35,564 nucleotides of DNA from Candidatus Berkelbacteria bacterium (GTDB lineage: Bacteria > Patescibacteriota > UBA1384 > UBA12157): positions 1-35,564 of the forward strand of contig JBAXXI010000005.1 of NCBI GenBank assembly GCA_037127955.1, given 5' to 3'. Both the position numbers and the translations under genes were made by a program. The first letter of the stretch is position 1, and each line of letters starts with the position of its first letter. The notes beneath the pieces were generated by a model, which saw nothing but the letters and a program-made list of their open reading frames with translations, was not told the DNA's origin and ran no database searches. Positions 1-9,695 of this stretch are shown piece after piece.

Positions 1-34
1 TCCCTTTATAACCCTTTATTGACCCGTTTTATTT

Positions 35-1471
35 TTACATAAACAACGAGTAAATGGTTGCCACGCCGGCAATCACCATAATAACGGTGCCAAGCCAGCC
101 AAAAGTTTTTGAAAGCCAACCGCTTTTCCACTCACCCATAACTTTTTTATTACTAGCCAAAAGTACAATCAAAATCATGACAACTGGCGCCACTAAACCA
201 TTGGTCACGGCCGAGTAAATCAAAGCTTTAATCGGGTCGAGTCCAACAAAATTAATCAAAAGCCCTACGCCCATTGAAAGAATAATCACTCCGTAAAAAG
301 CGCCGGCTTGAGCAAAACGACGGTACAAACCCTCTTTCCAGCCAAAAGCTTCGGCAATGGCGTAAGCAGCTGAACCAGCCAAAACTGGAATCCCTAACAA
401 GCCTGTACCAAAAATACCAATCGTGAACAAAAGCGAAGCATATTTACCCGCTAACGGCTCAAGCGCTTTGGCCGCGTCAGCGGCTGAAGTGATATTAGTA
501 ATGCCGCCTTTAAATAAAGTCGCCGCACAAACCGCGATAATAAAGAACGTCACAATGTTAGAAAAAATCATGCCAGACCAGTTATCCAATTGCATTTTTT
601 TCATTTCTTTCTTGGTTGTACCTTGACGCGAAGCAATAGTCGTGTCGCCTTCTAAAATCTGCTCCTCGACTTCCTGAGAAGTCTGCCAGAAGAACAAATA
701 AGGCGAAATGGTCGTACCTAAAATACCACAAATTAAAATGATTTGTTCTTTACTAAAATCTAATTGTGGTGTCACCGCATTCCTTAAAGCTTCAGCCCAC
801 GGGAAACCCTTAATCACAAAGGCTGTAATAATATAAACAACCAAAGTAATGGCCAGGTATTTCAAAACCCCGGCATACTTTTGATAAGAAATAAAAATCT
901 GCATCAGTAAACTTAAAACCGTAAAACCAATCACTAAACTCCAGAATGGCCAGTTTGGCGCCAAAAGTTGAGTGGTTTTAGCTAATGCCCCTAAATCAGC
1001 GCCGATATTAAAGGTATTAGCGACCAAGAGTAAAAAAGCGGTTAAAATTAAAACCCAGCGCGGGAAAAATCTTTTAATGTTTGAGGCCAGTCCCCGACCA
1101 GTCACCAAACCGATTCGAGCACACATTTCTTGAATCGCGCCCATCAAAGGCAAAGTCAGTGGCGCAAACCACAAAAGTTTAAAACCGTACTGAGCACCGG
1201 TTTGTGAATAAGTGGCCACGCCAGACGGATCGTCATCGGCCGCACCAGTCACCAAACCTGGACCTAAAATATGCCAAAATTTACGGGCTTTTTTGACCGT
1301 CTTTACCGTTGCGTCTGACATCAATTTAACGCCTTCGACTTCGGTCATCATAGTCGCATCAACCGCATCGCGGACTACTTCGGCTCCAACTCCAAAAGCA
1401 CGTTTACCTAGATCTAACGGACCCTCAACTGAATCCTGATTATCAATATTTTTTTGTTCTAATTCGCTCAC
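35..1471 (-). CDS. NRAMP-family divalent metal cation transporter
   Basis: LGPGLVTGAADDDPSGVATYSQTGAQYGF, QEMCARIGLVTGRGL and LGTTISPYLFFWQ motifs; about 11 hydrophobic segments; GTG start after GGAGGG. Confidence 0.92.
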   Translation of the reverse strand: MSELEQKNIDNQDSVEGPLDLGKRAFGVGAEVVRDAVDATMMTEVEGVKLMSDATVKTVKKARKFWHILGPGLVTGAADDDPSGVATYSQTGAQYGFKLLWFAPLTLPLMGAIQEMCARIGLVTGRGLASNIKRFFPRWVLILTAFLLLVANTFNIGADLGALAKTTQLLAPNWPFWSLVIGFTVLSLLMQIFISYQKYAGVLKYLAITLVVYIITAFVIKGFPWAEALRNAVTPQLDFSKEQIILICGILGTTISPYLFFWQTSQEVEEQILEGDTTIASRQGTTKKEMKKMQLDNWSGMIFSNIVTFFIIAVCAATLFKGGITNITSAADAAKALEPLAGKYASLLFTIGIFGTGLLGIPVLAGSAAYAIAEAFGWKEGLYRRFAQAGAFYGVIILSMGVGLLINFVGLDPIKALIYSAVTNGLVAPVVMILIVLLASNKKVMGEWKSGWLSKTFGWLGTVIMVIAGVATIYSLFM

Positions 1472-1565
1472 GACAATCCCTCCATTAAAATTGCGTATTC
1501 AAAAATACACATTAATTATTTAAGTACTTTTAGTATATATGAAACCTTCTTGTCACCACAATAGA

Positions 1566-2348
1566 TTAATCAAGAAGTTTTTTGTAATTGAGAGCTAATC
1601 CAATCCACTCGTCAAGCGCCAAATCTTCGGCTCTTCGTTTTGGATCAATTTTACTGTCTGAAAGCAACTTTTGAACCTGATCTTTTTCTAAACGCAAAGT
1701 CCCAGCTAAAGCGTTATGAATCTGTTGACGCTTGGAGCTAAACCCAGCTTTTACAATTTTGAAAAATAATAATGGTTCGATTTTTGATAAAGATTTTTTT
1801 GGAGTAATTTTGATAACCGCGCTATCAACTTTTGGCGCAGGCAAAAATTCTTTCCGATTAACCTCAAATAAAATTTCAGCCTCAGCGTAAAATTCGACGA
1901 TTAAAGTTAGCAAACCACGGCTTGAATCGCCCGGTTTAGCACAAATTCGCTCCGCCACTTCTTTCTGAACCATTAAAACCAAAAGTTCCGGCCGAGGTTC
2001 CTGCTCAATAAATTTACGAATTAAAGGCGAGGTAATATTGTAAGGAATATTGGCGACAACTTTGTATTTATCTAACAAACCTAGATCAAACCAAAGCGCG
2101 TCTTGGTGAATTAATTTTAAATTTTTCTGACCCATACCGCGACGAAGTTTATCGATTAAATCAAAATCTTTTTCAATGGCTAAAACTTCCCCAGCAACTC
2201 TCGATAAACGACTGGTTAAAACACCCAAGCCAGGACCAACTTCAACCACCGTATCTTCTTTACTCAAATTCGCCGCTTCGATAATTCGATCGGCAATTTC
2301 CTCATTGATTAAAAAATTTTGTCCTAATTGTTTTTTTGGTTTTAACAT
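1566..2348 (-). CDS. rsmA: 16S rRNA m6,2A dimethyltransferase RsmA/KsgA
   Basis: KKQLGQNFL, VEVGPGLGVLT (SAM binding), VVANIPYNIT, MVQKEVAERI, PAPKVDSAV. Confidence 0.98.
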   Translation of the reverse strand: MLKPKKQLGQNFLINEEIADRIIEAANLSKEDTVVEVGPGLGVLTSRLSRVAGEVLAIEKDFDLIDKLRRGMGQKNLKLIHQDALWFDLGLLDKYKVVANIPYNITSPLIRKFIEQEPRPELLVLMVQKEVAERICAKPGDSSRGLLTLIVEFYAEAEILFEVNRKEFLPAPKVDSAVIKITPKKSLSKIEPLLFFKIVKAGFSSKRQQIHNALAGTLRLEKDQVQKLLSDSKIDPKRRAEDLALDEWIGLALNYKKLLD

Positions 2349-2356
2349 ATTAATAA

Positions 2357-2480
2357 GTTCTCAGTTCCTAGTTCACAGTTTTCATTTAATTCACAGTTTT
2401 TATAATTTTGTTAAAGATTTCCGCGCAAAGCTATAATTTGACAATTAATTGAAAATTGGAAACTGAAAATTGAGAATTTG
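2357..2480. repeat. Imperfect inverted heptamer-periodic repeat element (intergenic)
   Basis: Left arm ttctcag-ttcctag-ttcacag-ttttcat; right arm aattgaa-aattgga-aactgaa-aattgag-aa; the arms are roughly reverse-complementary. Confidence 0.7.
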
Positions 2481-3479
2481 TCAAAGGTTTGCGCAGTGTG
2501 CAAATGGCGGCCATCGACGACTTTGGCCAATCGAAATCAATCGAGCCGTGGTGAAAATTTGAGCTTTAGCATCTGTCCATAAAGCACCGGCAAACCCGGC
2601 AGCTTCTGAAGCTGGCCCCCAAAAACCTGGATCGTACTGAAATAAACCGATATAACCAGCCGACGCCACCGAATCAACATGGCCATTCGACTCACGCATC
2701 ATCAGACACTGCAAGGCAGTCGCATTAACATCGTATTTCTTGGCCGCGGCATTAAGCAAGTCCATATATATACCGTTATGAACCATTTTCGGCCCTGTTC
2801 CAACAATTAAAAACTCGGTCACCGGGTCTTTTAAAATATTGGTTTCTTTAACGCGCCGCGAAACCTCTTCACCATCGATTCGTTTCACTATATAGACAAC
2901 TTCTTTTTGACCTTTTTCACCTTTTTGTTCAACTTTAGTCTGGCCTCGCTCCATATCGCGAGTTTCTTTTTTCACAGTTTTAAAATCAATATCTTCTTTT
3001 TGTGTCACTTCGACTTCGGCCACACGAGTAATTTTAATTTTCATATTGCTCGTAATTTTCGTTTGCGCAGACGGATCAACGCTATCTTTACCGAGCAAAC
3101 CAATATTTTGTTCAGTCAAAAAATCACCAATATTGTCTTTCCAAGTTCGGTAAGTTTTCACCATTTTTGCATCGGTCACTTGAACCGGTGTCGCCCGAAC
3201 GATAGTTATGCGACTACCTAAACCCATCTCTGGCGGTGGAAAAGTCGTAGTTTTATCTTCCGGGTAAACTTTGACCGACAGATCCTGAAGCATAGTCTCA
3301 AGGGTTTTAAAATCAGCACTACCAAAATAAACTTCGGTCGGGTGATTTGGATCATTTTGGGTATGCGCGCCGGCAACCTGCTTTTCAACAGTTTTCGGCC
3401 AAGCCAAATATACGCCAATTCCAATAATGGCGAATAAAACCGTGACAAAAATTTTAGCTTGTCGCGTCAATCTATGCAT
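2481..3479 (-). CDS. Membrane-anchored DUF348/G5-domain protein with C-terminal lysozyme-like (Rpf/SLT) domain, RpfB/YabE-like
   Basis: N-terminal TM; G5 signature (GQTKVEQKGEKGQKEVVY...DPVTEFLIVGT); catalytic-Glu motif MMRESNG and GLFQY; adjacent to rsmA like rpfB/yabE. Confidence 0.85.
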   Translation of the reverse strand: MHRLTRQAKIFVTVLFAIIGIGVYLAWPKTVEKQVAGAHTQNDPNHPTEVYFGSADFKTLETMLQDLSVKVYPEDKTTTFPPPEMGLGSRITIVRATPVQVTDAKMVKTYRTWKDNIGDFLTEQNIGLLGKDSVDPSAQTKITSNMKIKITRVAEVEVTQKEDIDFKTVKKETRDMERGQTKVEQKGEKGQKEVVYIVKRIDGEEVSRRVKETNILKDPVTEFLIVGTGPKMVHNGIYMDLLNAAAKKYDVNATALQCLMMRESNGHVDSVASAGYIGLFQYDPGFWGPASEAAGFAGALWTDAKAQIFTTARLISIGQSRRWPPFAHCANL

Positions 3480-3518
3480 TGAGTATAGTTTAACCCTTTA
3501 TGACCGAACAATCAAGAC

Positions 3519-5357
3519 TTAAACTCGGTCGATTAGTTCTTCTGGCACCTCTGACAAGAATCGCGATGGCATATTGTACTGCAAACCGCCGTACAACAAT
3601 CGACACTGAGCATAGGTCAAATATAGCCGTTCGCGAGCGCGAGTCATACCAACATAACAAAGTCGGCGTTCCTCCTCGAGCTCACTTGGATCAACCAACG
3701 AATTAGCATGCGGAAACAAACCTTCTTCCAACCCAACCATAAAAACAATTGGGTATTCCAAACCTTTAGCATTATGAAGCGTCATCATAGTCACGGCCTC
3801 GGCATCGCGATCAAGCGCGTCGATATCTGAAGCCAGCGCTACCTGCTCTAAAAACTGCTCTAAATTTTCACTCTTGGCAGCTACCGATTTCAATTCTTCA
3901 ATATTTTCCCACCGACTTTCCCCTTCTTCAGTGCCGTCTAAAATATAATTTTTATAACCAATTTCACGCAAGATTAAATCAATCAATTCACCAACTTTTA
4001 GCTTTTGTGCTTCTTCGCGGAAATAATCCACCATTTCAAAAAACTTTTTAATTTTCGGATTTTCCAAATTCATTTCTTTGGCCGATTTTGCGCCAATCCC
4101 ACGAGTCGGCACGTTGATAATTCGCTTTAAAGAAACTTTATCTTTAGTATTAACGATCAATTTTAAATAGGCCAAAATATCTTTAACTTCGCGACGTTCG
4201 TAGAACCTGAGTGCGCCGATTAATCGATAAGGAATCCGGTGCTGGAGAAAAACTTCTTCTAAAATACGACTTTGGGCGTTAGTTCGGTACAAAACCACAA
4301 AATCATTTAACGAATACGAACGATGCAAAGACTCGATTTCCATTTGAATAAATTCAACTTCCTCAATTTCGTTTTTAGCTTCATAAACCGTGGCCAACAT
4401 GCCAGCCTCATTTTCGGTCCACAAAACTTTGCTGGATCGTAATGTATTTTTTTCAATCACATGTTGAGCCGCGGCCAAAATATTTTGCGTCGAACGATAG
4501 TTTTGCTCCATTTTAATCACTTTCGCCTGCGGATAATCTTTTTCAAAATCCAAAATGTTTTTAAAATTAGCGCCGCGAAACCCGTAAATCGCCTGAAAAT
4601 CATCGCCGACCACACAAATATTTTTATTTTTGCTAGCCAACAAATTTACCAATCTGTACTGAGTATGGTTTGTATCCTGGTACTCATCGATTAAAATATA
4701 TTGAAAAAGATCCTGGTAGCGCGCCAAAGTATTTTTGTCTTTTTCAAAAAGTTCCACGGTTTTCAAAAGCAAATCGTCAAAATCCAGGGCGTTCGCATCT
4801 TTCAACTCTTTTTCATAACGTGTATAAACTTTTTGCACCACTTCACCAAAATAACCGCGGCCGTATTTTAAATAAGCCGTGGCCGAAATCATTTCGTTTT
4901 TAGCGCCCGAAATAAAATTGCGAATACTTTTCGGATTGTACTGTTTTTTATCAATTTCTAGTGCGTCCATGGCATTTTTTACAACCGACAAAGATTCTTC
5001 GCTGTCGTAAATGCTAAAACTGCGCGTATAGCCAAGCTGATCAATTTCTCGACGCAAAATCTTAACACAAACCGAGTGAAAAGTACCCATCCAAGGCAAT
5101 TTAGCGAAAAGCACATGATCGGTCGTCGACAATAATTTGGTAATCCTGGCCACCATTTCTTGCGAAGCTTTGTTGGTAAAAGTCACGGCCAAAATATTTT
5201 CCGGATGAACTTTTTTCTCTTCAATTAAATAAGCGATCCGGTGGGTCAAAGCCTTAGTTTTACCCGAACCGGCGCCGGCTAAAATCAAAACCGGCCCTTC
5301 GGTCGTTACGACAGCCTCGCGCTGGGCACTGTTTAATCCATATAAAATATCTATCAT
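3519..5357 (-). CDS. pcrA: ATP-dependent DNA helicase PcrA/UvrD
   Basis: LAGAGSGKT, AVTFTNKA, IDEYQDTN, VGDDFQAIYGFRGA, EQNYRST, TLHNAKGLEY, EEERRLCYVGMTRA. Confidence 0.97.
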   Translation of the reverse strand: MIDILYGLNSAQREAVVTTEGPVLILAGAGSGKTKALTHRIAYLIEEKKVHPENILAVTFTNKASQEMVARITKLLSTTDHVLFAKLPWMGTFHSVCVKILRREIDQLGYTRSFSIYDSEESLSVVKNAMDALEIDKKQYNPKSIRNFISGAKNEMISATAYLKYGRGYFGEVVQKVYTRYEKELKDANALDFDDLLLKTVELFEKDKNTLARYQDLFQYILIDEYQDTNHTQYRLVNLLASKNKNICVVGDDFQAIYGFRGANFKNILDFEKDYPQAKVIKMEQNYRSTQNILAAAQHVIEKNTLRSSKVLWTENEAGMLATVYEAKNEIEEVEFIQMEIESLHRSYSLNDFVVLYRTNAQSRILEEVFLQHRIPYRLIGALRFYERREVKDILAYLKLIVNTKDKVSLKRIINVPTRGIGAKSAKEMNLENPKIKKFFEMVDYFREEAQKLKVGELIDLILREIGYKNYILDGTEEGESRWENIEELKSVAAKSENLEQFLEQVALASDIDALDRDAEAVTMMTLHNAKGLEYPIVFMVGLEEGLFPHANSLVDPSELEEERRLCYVGMTRARERLYLTYAQCRLLYGGLQYNMPSRFLSEVPEELIDRV

Positions 5358-5509
5358 AGTTAGTCTATTGTATCAGAAAAATATTTGAAGAGCGAACTAG
5401 TCTAAGGCAAAGTCTTGACCCTCACGCTCAATTTTTGGGTTTGGGGGTTGACACATGCGCCAAAACATGATACAGTATATGTCGATGCCTAAAAGGAGGA
5501 TATCGGAAT

Positions 5510-5797
5510 ATGTATCTTGCCAACCATTCAGTCTTGTCGCCAAATGGTGAAACTCTCGACAACGTTTTAGTAGAATCGCCAGACGACAAAAAATGTGAGC
5601 ACGAGCTATATGCTTTGACCATTGCTCATAACAAGGTTTTTTGCCTGAAGTGCCATAGTCGCTTTAAGGCCACTAACCGCACGCAAAACGGAAGAAGGGT
5701 TTTTCTTTACGACAGCCCAATTCCACAACAAATTGAAAACCAGTTACAACATCAAATTGTAACTGCCAAAATAGCCGAATCTCAATTGGTCGGCTAA
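5510..5797 (+). CDS. Small hypothetical protein, possible Zn-ribbon
   Basis: AAGGAGGA SD; TTGACA/TACAGT-like promoter at about 5449-5477; CEH...CLKC motif; followed by terminator. Confidence 0.65.
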   Translation: MYLANHSVLSPNGETLDNVLVESPDDKKCEHELYALTIAHNKVFCLKCHSRFKATNRTQNGRRVFLYDSPIPQQIENQLQHQIVTAKIAESQLVG

Positions 5798-5810
5798 ACC
5801 CTGTCCCCCT

Positions 5811-5835
5811 GACGCGCCCTCACCGGCGCGTTTTT
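5811..5835 (+). terminator. Intrinsic terminator
   Basis: GACGCGCC-ctcacc-GGCGCGTT followed by T run. Confidence 0.8.
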
Positions 5836-5884
5836 AATTATCAAAACTAATTTTGATAATATTAGAAAATATTTTTAAGACAAC

Positions 5885-6022
5885 AAAAAAGGCGCGAATC
5901 TAAACCCGTCCACATATTTCGGAATACTGAAATTCCGCGGACGGGACTATTAAATATAAACTAAAGTTCAATATTACATCCATTTTTCAAATACAAAAAA
6001 AGGCGCGAATCTAAACCCGTCC
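5885..6022. repeat. 27-bp exact direct repeat (5885-5911 and 5996-6022)
   Basis: AAAAAAGGCGCGAATCTAAACCCGTCC occurs twice. Confidence 0.95.
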
Positions 6023-6216
6023 CATAAATATTTTAATATTGGTCGGTGTCCACGCCTCTGTGTTAAGGCCAAAGCATATAACTTTGTCCCTATCACAGTA
6101 AATTTCTTCTTACTACTATTAGTGGTAAGAAGAAAAACCCAGGAGATCTGCCCTCCTTTAGAGCTTATCTTCTTACCTCAATCTTAAATTGTTAATATAC
6201 TCTTTAAATTATCAAT
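5995..6216 (-). ncRNA. Candidate structured non-coding RNA of unknown family
   Basis: Consensus promoter upstream, no ORF in the track, four consecutive hairpins, last hairpin closed by AGGCGUGGA/UUCGCGCCU followed by a U tract. Confidence 0.6.
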
Positions 6217-6222
6217 TATACT

Positions 6223-6251
6223 ATTGTACCACAAAATTAGGCTTTTGTCAA
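6223..6251 (-). promoter_or_regulatory. Sigma70-type promoter
   Basis: TTGACA (6251-6246), 17-bp spacer ending TGG, TACAAT (6228-6223). Confidence 0.8.
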
Positions 6252-6365
6252 GACCCAGACCCTTTCTACTCCTTATATTTAGCCTAGCAAGTACTATATT
6301 TTTTAACCAATTTAATGACAAAAATTACGCTTTAACCTGTTAATTTCGGTTAAATTTACGAAAAA

Positions 6366-7004
6366 CTAGTCCTCTATTTCGAAATCAGCCCGTTGCGCTT
6401 CGAGTGCATCGGAAAAAGTGGCCAAAAAATCTTTGTATTTTTTACCGACAATTTTACCAGCTTCCGACTGAAACTGAAATTCACTCGGTTGTGACATCAA
6501 TTTAATTCGGTCGGCAGCCCAGTAAACCGTTGGTTTGCCGTGGTAGGCCACAGCGATCGGCACGCGCAACACTCCGCTTGCACCGAACATATCCATTTTA
6601 TCAGCATCGGTAAAAATATTGAATTCAACGCTGCTGGCGATTTTTTGGTCTGGACACATATGCGCCACGGTATGGTAACGCACCATGAGCAAAACTTTTT
6701 CTAAATCCAGGTTATTTGAGGCAAATTCTGCCGCGTATGGCTTTAGCAATTCCTGAGAAATTTCATATGAAAACTCGGCATGAGACTGATCGGCTTTACT
6801 GCGACCCGTATCGTGCAACAGCGCGGCCATCAAAACTTCGCCACGATTGGCGGCTTGATCTACTTCAAGCATTCTTAAACATGCGCCGTAAACTCGTCGC
6901 ATATGATTCCAGTCGTGAATATCGTCAAACGGCCGACCATCCGCTTGAATATAATACGGCTTGATATCTTCTTTAACTTTAGCCAATAATTGATCTAAAT
7001 TCAT
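6366..7004 (-). CDS. HD-domain phosphohydrolase
   Basis: HDWNHMRRV, AALLHDTG, HAEFS, RYH, DADKMDMFGASG motifs. Confidence 0.88.
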   Translation of the reverse strand: MNLDQLLAKVKEDIKPYYIQADGRPFDDIHDWNHMRRVYGACLRMLEVDQAANRGEVLMAALLHDTGRSKADQSHAEFSYEISQELLKPYAAEFASNNLDLEKVLLMVRYHTVAHMCPDQKIASSVEFNIFTDADKMDMFGASGVLRVPIAVAYHGKPTVYWAADRIKLMSQPSEFQFQSEAGKIVGKKYKDFLATFSDALEAQRADFEIED

Positions 7005-7095
7005 ATATCACCTTTAATTTTAAATAGATTCGATAATGTTTTAGTGCGCTTCGCGCTTTGTCTCGATGTTACCAAACTGATGACTAATTCGGAAA

Positions 7096-8442
7096 CTAGT
7101 GACTTCCTTCTCTTTTTGTTTCAATATTTCCGAATTTCATATATTCTGGCTTCCAGAATAATTGCAAATCGCCAACCGGACCGTTACGATGTTTTCTAAT
7201 CAAAACCTCGGCGATATTTTTAAGTTCAGTATCTTTTTCATAATAATCGTCACGATAAATAAACATGACGACGTCCGCATCCTGTTCAATAGAACCTGAT
7301 TCACGCAAATCGGAAAGCATCGGGCGCTTGTCTGGTCTGTGCTCAACTGAACGCGACAACTGCGAAAGCGCAATCACTGGAATATTAAGTTCACGGGCCA
7401 AACCTTTGAGACCGCGAGAAATTTCCGAAACTTCCTGAACACGCGAATCCGAACTTTTCGAACCACCTTGAATTAACTGCATGTAATCGATCACCACCAA
7501 ACCCAAACCATGCTCGCTTTGCAATCGGCGACACTTAGTTCTAATTTCCATGACATTGATCATCGGGGTATCATCGATATAAATTGGCGCTTCGCTAAGT
7601 GCACCCATAGCGTAATTTAAACGACCAAAATCCTCGTCTTCCAGGTTGCCTGTTCGAAGTTTCCAAGAATCAACCGTGCCGCGAAGACAAAGCAAACGGT
7701 CAATCACCTGTTCTTTACTCATTTCCAAGCTAAAAACTGCGGCCGGAATTTTGGCTTCGCAAGCCACATGATCAACAAAGTTTAAAGCCAAAGATGATTT
7801 TCCGATTGAAGGACGAGCGGCCAAAATAATCAAATCGGAATTTTGAAACCCAGCCATAATATTATCCAAATCCTTAAAACCACTCGGAACACCGCGCAAA
7901 ACGCCCTTTTCCTTGTGAAGTTTGTCGATACGATCAAAACTGTCCGCTAAAATATCGCGAATCGGCGTAAAATACTGTTTAACATATTTTTGACTAACAC
8001 TAAAAAGCGCAGTTTCAGCTCGATCCAAAATACTTTCTAATTCGGAATTTTCATCGAAACCAAGTTCGGCAATACTGGAAGCAGCTGAAATCAATCGACG
8101 TAAAGTAGCTTTCTGAGTGACAATTTGCGCATGTGTCACAATGTTGGCCGAGGTCGAAACACCGTTAACCAAAGTTGATAAATAAGTGGCACCGCCAATA
8201 TTTTTCAAATTTTTTTCTTTTTCAAGCTCATCGGTCAGGGTAACCACGTCGATTGGCTTGCGTTTTTCATAAAGTTTTAAGATACAACGATAAATCGTAG
8301 TATGATCATCACGATAAAAATCGTCGGGCTTAATCAAATCACCGATTTTCAACATCGCATCTTTATCAATCAAAATCGCGCCGAGCACACTTTGCTCTGC
8401 TTCGACATTTTGGGGCGGTAATTTAGTTAAATCGTTAGCCAT
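7096..8442 (-). CDS. dnaB: Replicative DNA helicase DnaB
   Basis: PPQNVEAEQSVLG, AARPSIGKS, FSLEMS, IDYMQL, ALSQLSR, DLRESGSIEQDAD, KHRNGP. Confidence 0.99.
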   Translation of the reverse strand: MANDLTKLPPQNVEAEQSVLGAILIDKDAMLKIGDLIKPDDFYRDDHTTIYRCILKLYEKRKPIDVVTLTDELEKEKNLKNIGGATYLSTLVNGVSTSANIVTHAQIVTQKATLRRLISAASSIAELGFDENSELESILDRAETALFSVSQKYVKQYFTPIRDILADSFDRIDKLHKEKGVLRGVPSGFKDLDNIMAGFQNSDLIILAARPSIGKSSLALNFVDHVACEAKIPAAVFSLEMSKEQVIDRLLCLRGTVDSWKLRTGNLEDEDFGRLNYAMGALSEAPIYIDDTPMINVMEIRTKCRRLQSEHGLGLVVIDYMQLIQGGSKSSDSRVQEVSEISRGLKGLARELNIPVIALSQLSRSVEHRPDKRPMLSDLRESGSIEQDADVVMFIYRDDYYEKDTELKNIAEVLIRKHRNGPVGDLQLFWKPEYMKFGNIETKREGSH

Positions 8443-8494
8443 TTTTCTCTTTCCTCGTACTTCTAACTTTCAACTTTTTGCTTGATTATGTCAA

Positions 8495-8523
8495 TGTGGA
8501 AACTGTGGACAACCTGTGGATAA
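8495..8523. promoter_or_regulatory. Cluster of three co-oriented DnaA boxes upstream of dnaB
   Basis: TGTGGAAAC (8495-8503), TGTGGACAA (8504-8512), perfect TGTGGATAA (8515-8523). Confidence 0.75.
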
Positions 8524-8596
8524 CTATTCTAACTTTAATTTACCAGACGAAAAAGTTATAATAAAAGTAATAGTAAAAGTCTCGAAAGGATACATA

Positions 8597-9628
8597 ATGA
8601 ATCAATCAAATATGCCGTGGCAAGGAAAAAATAATCAATGGAAAGCCGCTAAACCTTGGGTTTTAATTGGATTAGCCGCAATTATTGCCGTCGGCGGTGG
8701 TTACTTTGGCTGGAATTATTTTGCCAATAAACCAACCGACACCACCACTACCAAAACCGTTTCAGATAGCTCGCTCGATCAACCAATCACACCAGATCCA
8801 ACCACAGAACCCGCTACCACCGAGTCTACCACTGCCGCTGATACAACCAAAACCGATACGACTAAAACAGCTACGCCAACCCCGACCATCACCTCATCAA
8901 CTACTACTCCAACCACCACCCAAACTACGAGTACAACGGCGGTCGCACCAAAAATCACTACCGCCAGTACGTTTGATCTAAATAATAACGGTAAAATTGA
9001 CGGGGTCAAAATCGAATTTTCCAGTCCGATGACCCAAAGCGCTACTGCATCAAACGGTTTTAAGGTTAGTGGGTACACCATAAAATCATGGCAATGGGCC
9101 AATCAAGGTTCTACGCTCAACTTTACTCTAAGAGAAAATGATACTTACGACACTGATGCCACGCCAAAAATTACGTACGATGCCACTGTGGGTAATTTAA
9201 AGGGTACCAATAACGCGGTTTTGACTAGTACCACAATCAAAACAATTGATTTAGCCAACCCAATCGCTATCTCGGCAACAGCCATTGATACCAATGCCAC
9301 CACCGGCATTCAAACTGGTGACAAAGTGATAATCACCTTCTCTGAACCGATCAAAGCCAGCCCAAGCATCACGACTGCGAATATCAACAAAGTTCTACCG
9401 CTCAACAATGATCATAGCTGGAAAGACGGCGCTGAAGCGATCGGATCTGTCGTTGTGTCTCTGGACAATAAAACTATTACCGTAACTTTAAGCGCCACAA
9501 CCAGCGCACCAACCGTAGCGATCGATGATTCGATTCATATTGGCGAAGGTATTGATTCAATCGAAGATCTTTCTGCTAACAGTGCTAATGGTACAAACGA
9601 CCGAATCCAGATTACTGGTAGTTTCTAA
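8597..9628 (+). CDS. Membrane-anchored surface protein: TM, Thr/Pro-rich stalk, two beta-rich Ig-like domains
   Basis: ATG 8597 after AAAGGA; TM WVLIGLAAIIAVGGGYFGW; Thr-rich linker; IEFSSPM and ITFSEPI repeats; DLNNNGKID possible Ca-binding loop. Confidence 0.8.
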   Translation: MNQSNMPWQGKNNQWKAAKPWVLIGLAAIIAVGGGYFGWNYFANKPTDTTTTKTVSDSSLDQPITPDPTTEPATTESTTAADTTKTDTTKTATPTPTITSSTTTPTTTQTTSTTAVAPKITTASTFDLNNNGKIDGVKIEFSSPMTQSATASNGFKVSGYTIKSWQWANQGSTLNFTLRENDTYDTDATPKITYDATVGNLKGTNNAVLTSTTIKTIDLANPIAISATAIDTNATTGIQTGDKVIITFSEPIKASPSITTANINKVLPLNNDHSWKDGAEAIGSVVVSLDNKTITVTLSATTSAPTVAIDDSIHIGEGIDSIEDLSANSANGTNDRIQITGSF

Positions 9629-9642
9629 ATTAATCTCAAAAT

Positions 9643-9675
9643 AAAAAAGACCTTGGATTTTCCAGGGTCTTTTTT
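9643..9675. terminator. Bidirectional intrinsic terminator
   Basis: AAAAAAGACCTTGGA-ttt-TCCAGGGTCTTTTTT between convergent genes. Confidence 0.9.
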
Positions 9676-9695
9676 AAATATAAATTTTATTAAAA

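Noticed and set aside
3519-5357. pcrA as a pseudogene because it is short
   Set aside because: All helicase motifs are intact in one frame; the shortening is confined to the 2B region and C-terminal tail.
5885-6216. tmRNA, SRP RNA, RNase P or c-di-GMP riboswitch
   Set aside because: None of their hallmark sequences was recognisable.
8443-8596. Chromosomal origin oriC
   Set aside because: Only three boxes in a short intergenic region, with no dnaA/dnaN; kept only as a regulatory site.
8516-8596. N-terminal extension of the surface protein from GTG 8516
   Set aside because: That GTG lies inside a DnaA box; ATG 8597 has a good SD.
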